Part shown: positions 53,141-64,000 of the stretch, piece by piece | How the letters are laid out: each line of letters begins with the position of its first letter | Position numbering within the stretch: position 1 is the first letter of the stretch | DNA from: Octopus sinensis | Lineage: Eukaryota | Assembly: GCF_006345805.1 (NCBI RefSeq) | Contig: NC_043003.1 | Location: 12,152,001-12,216,000, forward strand | DNA length: 64,000 nt | Direction of reading: 5' to 3' | Notes under the pieces: model-generated | The model's input: the letters and a program-made list of their open reading frames with translations, nothing else | The model's database searches: none | What the model was told of the DNA's origin: nothing | Position numbers and translations under genes: made by a program

Positions 53141-53318
53141 ATGGAATCTTCCCTTGATTCCCCAGGTGGGGAAACACTTGGTCTCATAGGAGGGAGTACG
53201 GCACGTCCGTCTACCAATGGTGGTGGCACTATCAATGCAAACAACAATGGAACTAGTTCAAGAGATGGTAGTGATATGCTGGCTGCTGCTCTGGAACAAA
53301 TGGACAATATTATTGCCT
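53141..53318 (+). CDS. PPFIBP1: First coding exon of a liprin-beta (PPFIBP-like) gene; 59 codons plus a phase-1 base, continues beyond the intron
   Basis: Translates MESSLDSPGG...RDGSDMLAAALEQMDNIIA. The C-terminal part matches the liprin-beta N-terminal signature (human PPFIBP1 MMSDASDMLAAALEQMDGIIAG). A consensus donor T|GTAAGT follows at 53319. Paralog 1 vs 2 cannot be assigned from this exon. Confidence 0.9.
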
Positions 53319-53339
53319 GTAAGTACATTTTTTATCTTT

Positions 53340-53697
53340 TATCTTTCACTTGTTTCAGTCATTGGATTGCAGCCACGTTGGGACACTGCCCTGAAGGATT
53401 TAGTTGAAGAAATTGACTCCAGTACTTATTTGTAAGTCTGGTACTTATTCTATCAGTCTCTTTTGCCAAACTGCTAAGTAGTGGGGACATAAACAAGCAC
53501 TAGTTGTTAAGCATTGAGAGAGATGATAAACACAAACACACACATGTGTGTGTGTATAACAGGTTTCTACACAGTTTCCATCTCCCAAATTCACTCACAA
53601 GTCACTTGTAAGCCTACAACTATTGTATGAGACTAAGGTGACACACATTAGGACCAAATGGTTGCAAAGCTAGCTTCTAAACCAGGCAGCCATGCCT
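53340..53697 (-). mobile_element. tRNA-derived SINE, older family-A variant, just downstream of the exon donor
   Basis: ttttatctttcacttgtttcagtcattggattgcagcc...cagccatgcctg. Confidence 0.8.
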
Positions 53698-55033
53698 GTG
53701 GTTTTATATATTTTTCAATTTTTCTTTTCATTTCTTTGGTTATTCAAGTCTGTAAGGTGATACATGTAGGCTTAATAAGCTTATTAGTGACGATGATGTG
53801 TTTAAAACGAGCAGTTTGTAGGGAATCTCTCATAATAAAGGGACAGCTATATCAGGGATATACTTACAACAGGTATGAACTTGCATGCCTAGATTTGATT
53901 TATGGTTGAAGTATTTGAGTTGATCTTTCTCATCAAGTCAGTTAACGTCTGTGTATTGTCATCAGCAGCCGCTGCCCATAGCAACAGCAGAATCGTCAAC
54001 AGTATTACGTTGGTCATTCTAATAACTCATCATTCACAAACCATTAACAGCATCATAGTGACATACTGGCTCTTACCAACAGCCATAGCTATTGCACCAA
54101 TGCAACTCAAAAGATAACACATCATCATTTATGGTTATGCAGAATAGCCATAGTTCAACAGAACACGAGATGAGTTATGTTGTGACACAACCTCAATTAC
54201 AACTATTCAGGGGAACAACAATGACATACAGCCCTTTGCATCCAATAGCTTTCAGAGTACTGAATTTTCCACGACAATATTTCTTCACTTCTTTGCTTAA
54301 CTTTCATTTAAAGTACATGGTAGTGGGGTCATAAATTTATGTATGTATTTTTAAAAACATAAAAACTGCTACTGATTCACTTGTGTGTCTCATGCTTGTT
54401 GCATACATATACAGTCTTTCACGTACTCATACAGAATCTCTTGGTTATACACATACACACACAAGGTTAACACATTTTGTAGAACACTGTATTTGTTTCT
54501 TTGCCTTTTTAAAAGTTTTTTTATCTCAAAATTGAAGTTTTTTATATATAGAAATAATTTTCTAGTAGACCAGGCTTGTCACAGCCAAATTAATTTATTG
54601 ACATCTAGAGAATATATTTTCTTGTTCTGTGATTATTATAGACTAGAACTTGTTTTTATAAGTTATTATGCATTTTGTCTTTTGTTTGAATTTATATTTC
54701 TACAAGTCCATTGATTTGTGGAATTGTATGATCTTGAGACAACATTCAGGAAAATGGAATCTAGATGAGCCAAAAGATTACTACAGTAAATCATTAAAAT
54801 TTTGAAGATTTATTGAATGGCTATTTTGCGTTCACATGATTCTGACTGAGAAAGAAGAGTTTTTTCAGAGCCTGGCAATAATAGAATATGCTAATGAAAT
54901 AAACAACAAAATAACGAATTAAAAATAGGATATTGTAAAAGTGTAGGCAATTTTCAACCAGACCAATATATAGTCTAGTGAATCACTACCAAATGTACTG
55001 GCTCTATTGATATGAACTGCAATATATATATAG

Positions 55034-55177
55034 TTTTATATTTAAGAGATGAGGAATTATGTGCATTATTTACATTATTTACATTCAACGGATATTTGTC
55101 CTCATCTTGCTTGTTGTTAACACAACGGTTCGGCTGATATGCCCACCAGCCTTCTTCAGGTGTCTTGGGGAAATTTC
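55034..55177 (-). mobile_element. 5'-truncated inverted copy of the adjacent element (head-to-head)
   Basis: Reverse complement reads gaaatttccccaagacacCTGAAGAaggctg...cagccGAACcgttgtgttaacaac...aataatgtaaataatg, homologous to 55327-55440. Confidence 0.85.
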
Positions 55178-55185
55178 TGCCCACG

Positions 55186-55445
55186 AGCATATGGCGTAGT
55201 GGTTAAGAGTGCAGGCTACTAATCCCAAGATTCCGAGTTCGATTCCAAGCAGTGACCTGAACAACAACAACAATGATAATGACAACAACATTGAAAAATA
55301 TACCTTAGGAAAGAGAACTCAGGTTCGAAATTTCCCCAAGACACTGGAAGAAGGCTGGAGGGTATATCAGCCAAAACGTGTTAACAACAAACAAGATGAG
55401 GACAAATTTCTGTTGAATGTAAATAATGTAAATAATGTGCAATAT
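55186..55445 (+). mobile_element. tRNA-derived short element with a hammerhead-like 3' module
   Basis: A box TGGCGTAGTGG (55192-55202) and B box GTTCGATTC (55237-55245), an (AAC)n linker, then gacactggaaga-a-ggctg...cagcc-aaaacg; ends at a (TA)n tract. Confidence 0.75.
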
Positions 55446-56129
55446 ATATATTTATATAATCACATTTTGTGAATAATAGTATTGTTGGTTACAAGTTTTC
55501 AACTGGACAGTCACTGATTCAATGCCTCTATGACTGTCAGAGAGGTTGCGTTTTGGGGGAATGGGTCACACTGAAGCATTTTTTCAAAGATTGTTAGATT
55601 CTTGTAGAGAGGGAGAAACTAAAGAGGTACAATGTTTGAGAATAATGGAAAAGGCACTGTCAGGGCTTGGAACCTTTCTAGTAGTAGTAATAGTAGTATG
55701 GTGTCATGTGCTGTAACAGTGTGTTGCATCATCCAATATTTGGTGATTCCCTACTCCTGGTGGATGACACCATTGCACCACTCAGGCACCAATTTACCAA
55801 TCCACAGGTCTGTTTTGGGCAGTCATTGCTGGTGAGGTTTTACAAAGGCAGAGTGCAAATCCTACTGCTTTCAGTTGCTTTTTACAATATGCAGAGGAAA
55901 CATTGGGTCTATTCCTTAAAATGCCAGTAGCCCTGAAGGTATTTTATACTTGGCATGTACATATGCAAGGTGGTGGATCCTGAAGGCTTGAAGGGAATAG
56001 AATTGGAGAGAAATTGTTTTTGATATCAAAAAACAAAACAGTAACAAAAACTATTAAGGTTTTCAAAACACTCAACGTTGTTCTTAGCTATGTAGTCACT
56101 CCAGAGTTTTAGTTTACACTTAAGTGCAT

Positions 56130-56880
56130 TAATTTTACTTATAAGTTTGAAACATATCGGTATCCTTCATTGCAAGATTAACCTCATTTAAGTATGGGAA
56201 TATATCAGAAAAGTTTGCCATCTTTTCCTTTTAATACTGATCTTTTAGTTCAAAAGAATATTCTTCATGCAATCTGAAGCAAAGCCAACATTTTTACACT
56301 CAGCAGCCAGTGTACTTCAGTAATAAAGTTTTATGCAGACTTCCCATATTTTCACAAAATAAACTTAAGATTCTTGCATTTAGTATTCTCGATTTAATTT
56401 TATAGCTAATCAAATCTTGAGGCATATGCTTCATTGCTAGTGCTTGATAATAAAAACACTTGCGAATATTTTCAGAATTCTTATTTTCCTTTTTCATTTT
56501 TGCAACAGAACCTGAAAATTTCCCTTATTGTTACTGCAGCTCAGTCATGAATTAGATTAAATATTGCTTCTCCTGTAGCATAACTCTCCGAAGGCTAGTA
56601 GATTAAGTCTTCTTGAATGCTACCTTCGTAAATATAGTCGTGTACACTCACAAAACTACTACACCAGCATTGTCACCTGTTGACTTATTCTATTTTTTGA
56701 AGTGAATGTTGATCTCAGTTAACCTGTCTTAGTACAGGTTCACATCTGACATTTCATGACAATGTTTTGAAACTGTCATTAGAAAATGGTACGTTATTAG
56801 TGTTTTCGCATTCTACCAGATTTTTTGCACTAAGCTTTAAGTTTTCAGCAAATCTATGTGCTTTACATGTTTTTGCTAAA
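56130..56880 (-). pseudogene. Decayed hAT (SCAND3/ZBED-like) transposase remnant
   Basis: KSRILNARILSLFCENMGSLHKTLLL; NFSDIFPYLNEVNLAMK-like; VPFSNDS motifs; many stops. Confidence 0.7.
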
Positions 56881-56932
56881 CAATAACAAATGTCATATAA
56901 AACAAGTAAAGCATTTTTTTTTCTTTTTGCAC

Positions 56933-57317
56933 CAGGAGTGGATGTGTGGTAAGAAGCTTGCTTCCCAACCACATGGTTCCATGTTCAGTCCCACTGCATG
57001 GAACCTTGGTCAAGTGTCTTCTACTATAACCTCAGGCCGACCAAAACCTTGTGAGTGGATATGGTAGATGGAAACTGAACGAAGCCTGTCATATATATGC
57101 ATATATTTGTGTGTCTGTGTTTGTCCCCCACCCCATCATCACTTGACAGCTAATGTTGGTGTGTTTACGTCCCTGTAATTTAGCGGTTCAGTAAAAGAGA
57201 CCAATAGAATAAGTACTAGGCTTACATAGAATAAGTCCTGGGGTCAGTTTGTTCGACTAAAGGTGGTGCTCCAGCATGGTTGCAGTCAAATGACTGAAAC
57301 AAGTAAAAAGAGTAAAA
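56933..57317 (+). mobile_element. tRNA-derived SINE, family A
   Basis: Same consensus as 8337-8740. Further copies or fragments lie near 4155-4492(-), 5665-6000(-), 27605-27790, 36477-36838, 37410-37888, 40845-41225(-), 59828-59990, 62360-62490 and 63235-63432. Confidence 0.88.
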
Positions 57318-58679
57318 TAACAGAATTGCTGCTTTTCTTTATTCAAATCTTTTAAATTCAAAATTGTTTTTAGATTTCACTTTAGTCTAACTGGTTTCCA
57401 AGTGCTTTTAGAAAACCTTTCTGCATTCAATACATAGTCCCACAATAAGTCTTGTCACCTGATCCTGATGCTGATGCTGAGACCCCCCTTTGGTCATGAC
57501 TGACCATGGGATTGCACCTAGAAAGTTACCCTCCCAGGCAAAAGTCCAGGCAAGGTTGTTTATGGAAGACCAGCAGTCGCTCATACGTACCAGCCTCTCC
57601 TCTCCACACCACCAGTGTTATCCAAGGGAAAGGCAAAGGGGCCGATACAGCTTGGCACCTGTGATGTTGCAACTCATTTCTACAGCTGAGTTAACTGGAG
57701 CAGCCTGAAATAAAGTGTCTTGCTCAAGAACACAACACGCAGCCCAGTCCGGGATTCGAGCTCACAACCTCACGATCGTAAGCTCAACGCTCTAACCATT
57801 GAACCATGCGCCTTCATGTCTTATCACCAGGCCTAATGAAACTGTAAGCTACAAAAGTTTCATTATGTTGTTTTCATGTGTTGCCCTATTTTGATGTTGG
57901 TTTTGAAGATGAACTTGCTGTATGCAGGCCATCAAAAGAGCATTACAGGCTCCTGATCAAAACAGTGCACTGGGCTCCTATATACACAACCACAGCACAC
58001 ATAAATTAACACTGCCCCATCATGCCTAACACTGTCTCATTTTGACCTGGGGAATCCCTGGGCAACTAGCCAGCATGCCCATACCTTGTGATGGCACTGG
58101 CTATAATCTCATGCTTTAGCTTATGTTGCTCAAGTTTTATGCATTAGCAATTGATTTATTATTGATTTTTTTTTTTTAAACTATGAATCCACTGGGAGAA
58201 TGTAAATAGTGTTATTTATTGATGATAGAAAATTATAATTGCCCAAAACATTTATCTTCGAAACATATGCGTTAAGAATAGTAAACTATTTAGTACCATT
58301 ACTGTGCATAGCTATGCGCATACACAGGTGATGAAAAGTAATGCAGCTGCTCAGCATAGACTTGTGTAAGTTTGTGTACATGCACACACACACACATACA
58401 GATTTAATGTAAATTTATTGAGGTTTTTCATAGTAACTTCTGCTTGAATAATAAATACTTAGTTTTTATACAAGAATATTAATTTTAGATATATTCTGTT
58501 CCTTGATTTATTGTTGTTTGAACCGAAAGTGATGGAAAATTATTTTACGGTATTAGCTTGAATTGCCAGATTTCGCTAGTTCAGCAGAACATATCCAAAA
58601 TTAATATTCTTACATTAAAACTGAGTACTTATTATTCAAGGAAGAGTTACTGTAAAAAAAATCTATATCAATTTGTATC

Positions 58680-59060
58680 AAGTCTGTGTGTGTGTGTCTG
58701 TGTGTCTGTCTAGAAGTCTATACTGCACAACTGCATTACTTTTCTACACATGTGTATTTGATTATGTTTGTGTGTGTTGTGTGTGTGTGTGTGTGTGTAT
58801 GCATGTGTGTGTATATATATGTGTGTATGTGCATGTGTGTGTGTATATATATACGTGTGTGTGTATATATATATATGCGTGTGTGTGTGTATGTATATGC
58901 GTATATGTGTGTGTATATATGCATGTGTATATGTGTGTGTGTGAGTGTATGTATATGTGTATGTGTGTATCTACATGTGTGTATGTATTTGCATGTGTGT
59001 ATGGGTATGTTTATACATGTGTGTGTGTGTATCTGCATGTGTGTGTGTGAGAAAGAGTGA
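58680..59060. repeat. Degenerate (TG)n/(TA)n low-complexity tract
   Basis: Interrupted TG/TA runs; produces C/V/Y-rich pseudo-ORFs. Confidence 0.92.
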
Positions 59061-59619
59061 GAGAGAGACTGATGGCTGGATGAGTGTGAATCACTGGATA
59101 TAGTAGTAGTAGTAGTGGGAGTAGGGGTAACAGACTGAAAGAGTGAGACAGCATTGTTGGTTGGAAAAAAATTGCATGTCTTGTGTATGTCTGTGTATAA
59201 TCACACTTGTGTGTTGTTCCTTGCTCTAACAGGCAAGTCCTACTTATCTATATACGTGTATCTGTGTGTCAACATGTGTTCATTGCTTTAACAGCATTGT
59301 ATGTATATCTGTGTAACAGTCATTGTGTTAGTTGTAACAGCTGTAGACTATGTTTCTTTATTCTGATTAGATCATTGATTAGAATAAATCTAAATACAAA
59401 CATTTTTGAATATGCAATGTTTCATTATAATTATCTAGATACATTTTTAAATTACTAATGCCCGACTGAATAATTTCTCTATAATCAGCTACAGAACCAG
59501 TACTATCTGATGCAAAGCCACTGAGTTCTGCAGGACCCAATTAAAGAAATCCTGCTCTGAGAAATAAATGAGTTCATAATGCAAGTGATACAAGAAAAGG
59601 GTGGCTTGTAGAGGAATGC

Positions 59620-59810
59620 AACATACAAAGTATTGTCAATTAATCAAATCCAATTTGTGGCAGATCTAGATTCACATATGACATTTCATGAATATGTTTT
59701 CAAACTGTCATTAGAAAATGGAGCATTATTAGTATTTTTCACATTATTTCATATACCATGCATTCTACCTGTTCTTTTGCACTAAGCTTTATTAAGTTTT
59801 CTGCAGTTGT
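59620..59810 (-). mobile_element. Second hAT remnant paralogous to 56740-56860
   Basis: Shared ttcacat.tgacatttcatga...aaactgtcattagaaaatgg...ttttgcactaagcttt. Confidence 0.55.
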
Positions 59811-59992
59811 ATATTTTAATGATCAGTGTGCAAGTATGGTTGTGTGGTTACGAAGTTTGCTTCCTAACTATATGGTTTTGGGTTCAGTCCCACTATGTAG
59901 CACCTTAGACAAATGTCTTCTTCTATAGCTCCCCCACCAACTAAAACCTTGTGAGTGAATTTGGTACATGGAAACTGAAAGAAGCTCATTCT

Positions 59993-60053
<61 letters not shown>

Positions 60054-60056
<3 letters not shown>

Positions 60057-60253
60057 AGAATTCACAAAAAACAAAAGACAAAGACAGGTGGCGTAGACAG
60101 CAAACAGATGTATTAGTATAATGCTCGGGAAGTGAAAATGTCTTTAATGTTTTCAGCCTACGCTCTTCCACAGAAAGAAACAAGGAGAGAAAATAAAGAA
60201 TGTGTAGTGGCTAGCGATCTGTCATGGCAAATCATGTGTGCAAGCTGCCATTC
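60054..60253 (-). mobile_element. (TA)n-flanked short element, probably Penelope-like-derived
   Basis: Bounded by (TA)n tracts; minus strand contains tcttt-CTGTGGA-a-gagc gtag gct-gaaaacatt-aaaga (hammerhead-like layout). The family assignment is inference. Confidence 0.5.
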
Positions 60254-60277
60254 ATATATATATATATATATATATGA

Positions 60278-60322
<45 letters not shown>

Positions 60323-60533
60323 GAATGTGGAGTGGCTAGCGATCTGTCATGGCAAATCATGTGTGCAAGCTGCCATTCATATATATATATATATATATAT
60401 ATGAATATGTATATATATATATATTATATATATATATATATAAATAAAGAATGTGGAGTGGCTAGCGATCTATCATGGCAAATCATGTGTGCAAACTGCC
60501 ATTCATATATATATATATATATATATGAATATG

Positions 60534-60566
<33 letters not shown>

Positions 60567-60661
60567 AATAAAGAATGTGTAGTGGCTAGCGATCTGTCAT
60601 GGCAAATCATGTGTGCAAGCTGCCATTCATATATATATATATATATATATATGAATATGTA

Positions 60662-60692
<31 letters not shown>

Positions 60693-60754
60693 AATAAAGA
60701 ATGTGGAGTGGCTAGCGATCTATCATGGCAAATCATGTGTGCAAACTGCCATTC
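60191..60754. repeat. Tandem array of five 63-bp units separated by (TA)n spacers (~125-bp period)
   Basis: aaataaagaatgtg[t/g]agtggctagcgatct[g/a]tcatggcaaatcatgtgtgcaa[g/a]ctgccattc starts at 60191, ~60316, ~60442, ~60566 and ~60692. Confidence 0.95.
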
Positions 60755-60772
60755 ATATATATATATATATAT

Positions 60773-60966
60773 GTGCGGGTGGCACGTAAAAAGCACCCAC
60801 TACACTCACGGAGTGGTTGGCGTTAGGAAGGGCATCCAGCCGTAGAAACACTGCCAGATCTGACTGGGCCTGATGAAGCCTTCCAGCTTCACAGACCCCA
60901 GTTGAACCGTCCAACCCATGCTAGCATGGAGAACGGATGCTAAATGATGATGATGATGGTGATGAT
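60773..60966 (+). mobile_element. 5'-truncated RTE 3'UTR copy
   Basis: Starts at gtgcgggtggcac and ends in (gat)n. Confidence 0.85.
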
Positions 60967-63574
60967 GAATATATGTGCGTGTGTGTATGTTGCTGTCTCC
61001 TGGCTTTGACACTGTGTGATAGTTGTCGGTGACATTGTCATGCAAGTAATGACCTTTTTTTCCAATCTTCCATAAAAACCTTTGGTCACAGAGAAATATT
61101 ACCTTCAAAACAGGTGAGGGTTGGTGATAGGATGCCTGTGAGAGCATGGAAAATTGAATGTTAAATGATGATGATAGTGGTGGTGGTGGTGGTGGCTGCG
61201 ACGGCGGCGATGATGATGATGATGTATGTGTAAATGTGTACATGCTTGTGTCCCTTTGTTTTGACATTGTGTGATTGTTATAAATGAATGTCATCAATTT
61301 TTAATATTTTGTAAAACCATGTCTGGCTATGGGAAAATATTACCTTGCTTGGAAACAGGTATGTGTTGGCAACAGGAAGGGTATCTGACTGTAGAAACTC
61401 TTCCTCAGTTACCTCCATCTGACCCTGGCAAGCATCAAAAAGTAAGCATTAAAATGACAATGATTCTAATCTCGTTAATTGTAAGATTCACTGTTATTGT
61501 ATATAACATTTGTTTTCTAAGAGTTAGATCCTACAGATGTAGGACAACCTATAATATGTTAGCGGAAGCAAGCAAGCATTTTGATTTCATTCCAAGGATG
61601 CTTATTTTGTATCCCTATCACTTTGTAGATGGCTAAGATAAAATATATTTTTGAAGTATTTACTAAACTGTTAAATACTCTACGAGGACACTGATTCATT
61701 TAGTTTTTTTTCTTCTTTTATTTGTGTATGTGTGGGGGTGGTGTATTATTTTATAATGTGAAAATTTACAAAATCTTTGTCTTTGTCCATGTAAAATTTT
61801 ACTGTCGAAAATTAAATAATTTAGTTACAGACTTAATGTCTCTTTTTAAACATTAAACATTGTGCCGTCTTTGTTAACTCTAATTAAGTGAGATTCATTA
61901 AACACTAAGGTAATTTCATTTAACAATGTTAAAAAATGCTGTTAGATATTGCCAAAATATGTCAGTGTTTTGTGTGACTGTGTGGTGCGAAGAATGACTG
62001 AATAATTACTGAATACATTGAAATATATTAGTCATGTTATGTTTATCAGCTCTTTGTATATTTTTTCATTAAGGCTTGTGATCAGTGAAAAGGAAATGAG
62101 CAAATTTTGACAGCTAACATTAAAAATTTACAGATTTATAAAATTATTATAGACAAAGAAATATTAAAATATTTTAACCTGTTTCCTACTTCTTGAACTT
62201 TGCACTATTATAATGTGGAGATTGTACAGAAACCTGGGTGGTCAACAATATCTATTGGAGCCCATTACATTATTGAGTTCAGATTTTTAGATTTGTTGGA
62301 ATTGGATTTGTTAACTCTGAAGAGTTGGCAAATATAAATACTATTGATTTACTAATGCTTCCAAACCACATGGTTCTGGGTTCAGTTCTACTGCATGGAA
62401 CATTAGGCAAGTGGCTCCTATAGCCTCAGGCTGACCAAATCCTTGAGAGTGGATTTGTTTGATAGAAACAGAAAGGAACCTGTCATATATATAAATATAA
62501 ATGTAATATTCAGGGATCGAGGTGTAGGAAGAAAGTGAGCTTCAAGCAATCCATAGGAAATATAAAAAAACAACTTTCAGGATCAGTAGTGGTTTATTGG
62601 GGCAGAAGGTTGTGAATTTTCCCCATATCAAAGTACCATAAGTTGAAAAAAAAAAATCTTATATTTCATGGTTGGCAGCCAGTGTTGCCAGATATGTAAC
62701 TAAAAATTCAAGAGTTAAGGAATGAAGTAGATAAAATCTGGGCTATACATGTTTCATAGCAAGCGGAATCTCACAAATGGTAAATATCCAAGTGACGTAT
62801 TTACCGCAGGCTACTCTTCAGGCCAAGGATATCTTGACTCTTGGCCTGTGGTATACACCTTGCTTGGATATTTATTACTTCTGAGGTTCCAGTTGCTATG
62901 AAACATATGTAGCCTGGTTTTTATCTATTTCATTCCTTATACATTAATTCCATTCCACATACATAATACAGGGTTGCCCAAAAGTCACCTGACAGTAAAT
63001 CAGAACCATTTAATTCCAAGATTTATTTATGTTTAACAACTGAATGAATTTAATAAAAGCATCTAAATATGAAACATCATGAAAATTGTTGAAACTGAAG
63101 TCCTTCTTGAGCAACACATTTTTCCATTTGAGTCAATACAGAATTACAAATAGCATTTATGGAATTTTTATTTACTGTCATCTGACTTTTGGCCAAACCT
63201 GTATATATTATTCGTGTGTTTGTATGCATGTCTGTGTTTGTCCCCCACCATTGCATAACTGGTGTTGGTGTGTTTATGTCCTCATAACTTAGCAGTTCAG
63301 TAAAAAAGACTGATAGAATAAGTACCAGGCTTAAAAAATAAAACTACTGGGGTTGATTAGTTTGATTAAAATTCCTCAAGGTGGTGCCCCAGCATGGCCA
63401 TAGTCTAATAACTGAAACAGATAAAAGATATCTACATTCTAAACTACTAAATGACTTCTCACTTTTAAAACTGTTGTGAGAAGTTGTTGGTGCAGCGTGC
63501 TACTTCATTTAGCTATTTCCTTTACTAAACAACTTTGTGATTTAAAATATTTCAGCTCCCAATAATTGTTGACA

Positions 63575-63692
63575 CTCAAGCTCAAGTGAGACTTGCAATA
63601 GAGTACTGCTGCCACACCTGGGACATTGCTGCTGATAAACACTGGTATCCTGGACTACACCAGAGAGTTGCCACTCAAACTGACCTGAATAA
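63575..63692 (+). mobile_element. CR1/L2/Jockey-group LINE RT C-terminal fragment
   Basis: QAQVRLAIEYCCHTW resembles the YKxQVRPxLEYCxxxW motif. Confidence 0.5.
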
Positions 63693-63694
63693 AA

Positions 63695-64000
63695 TCTGTA
63701 TATATATAAACGGCAAAATGTCTGTGTGTGTGTGTCCTTTATATAAATTCACAATTTTTCAGTTAGAGGGCTCGCACTTTCTATGGTCATTCAAAACCAT
63801 CCAAGGGTGGTTGTACACATCTTTACATTTCCCCAATCACCCTGCAAAGGCATTAAAAAATCAATAGAAGTGACATTTTTGTGAATTTTCTATCCAAAAC
63901 CCCACCAAAATGCCCGAAACTTGATACGCCAATTGAATGCCAGCTAGCTGTATGTGATTGGTCAGAGATTTGGACAGTACTCGCATGTATGTGCGCACGC
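63695..64000 (+). mobile_element. Non-autonomous Helitron-like element, 5' part (runs off the window)
   Basis: A|TC start followed by tatatatataaa...atgtctgtgtgtg, a typical Helitron-N 5' end. The 3' end is not visible. Confidence 0.45.

Larger units (their letters stand above)
52930..53318 (+). other. PPFIBP1: Complete exon (5'UTR 52930-53140 plus CDS) of the liprin-beta gene
   Basis: Polypyrimidine tract and acceptor ttcattttcttctctccacAG ending at 52929; donor GTAAGT at 53319-53324. Confidence 0.75.

Noticed and set aside
53902-54334. ORFs or alternative exon downstream of the liprin exon
   Set aside because: No liprin-like similarity, and splice signals are weak.
55186-55260. Functional tRNA gene (also the other SINE heads)
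   Set aside because: A and B boxes are present, but the acceptor stem is not closed and the sequence continues into repeat bodies, so these are SINE heads.
58673-59060. Cys/Val/Tyr-rich ORFs resembling keratin-associated or metallothionein proteins (also 13493-13918)
   Set aside because: They are translations of TG/CA dinucleotide tracts.
60191-60754. CRISPR-like repeat-spacer array
   Set aside because: Spacers are (TA)n microsatellite, the 63-bp unit is part of the neighbouring retroelement, the context is animal, and there are no cas genes.

Overview
AT-rich, repeat-saturated animal genomic DNA. The SINE/LINE families and microsatellite density point to a coleoid cephalopod, most likely Octopus (inference from recognising the repeats, not from a search). 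The only confident host-gene feature is a + strand exon (52930-53318) carrying the start of a liprin-beta (PPFIBP-like) protein, including the conserved SDMLAAALEQMDxIIA motif. The rest looks like a long 5' intronic/upstream region. It contains: tRNA-derived SINEs of several families; RTE-clade LINE relics and many 5'-truncated RTE 3'UTRs; a full-length decayed hAT-Charlie/Buster transposon with TIRs and TSD; mariner, piggyBac-like and unclassified MITEs; a Helitron-like end; and microsatellites. Almost all ORFs in the supplied track are repeat artefacts. The most unusual signals are: (i) a tRNA-headed short element carrying a minimal, dimer-type hammerhead-ribozyme-like module in a head-to-head inverted pair, with a second degenerate hammerhead-like module next to a tandem array; (ii) a 665-bp foldback element with about 275-bp TIRs, an 8-bp TSD and a telomere-like (TAACCC)n core; (iii) a near-perfect 160-bp palindrome; and (iv) a 369-bp RTE 5'+3' mini-element with a structured 5' end. 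Repeat coordinates are read by eye and approximate unless TSD/TIR positions are given.
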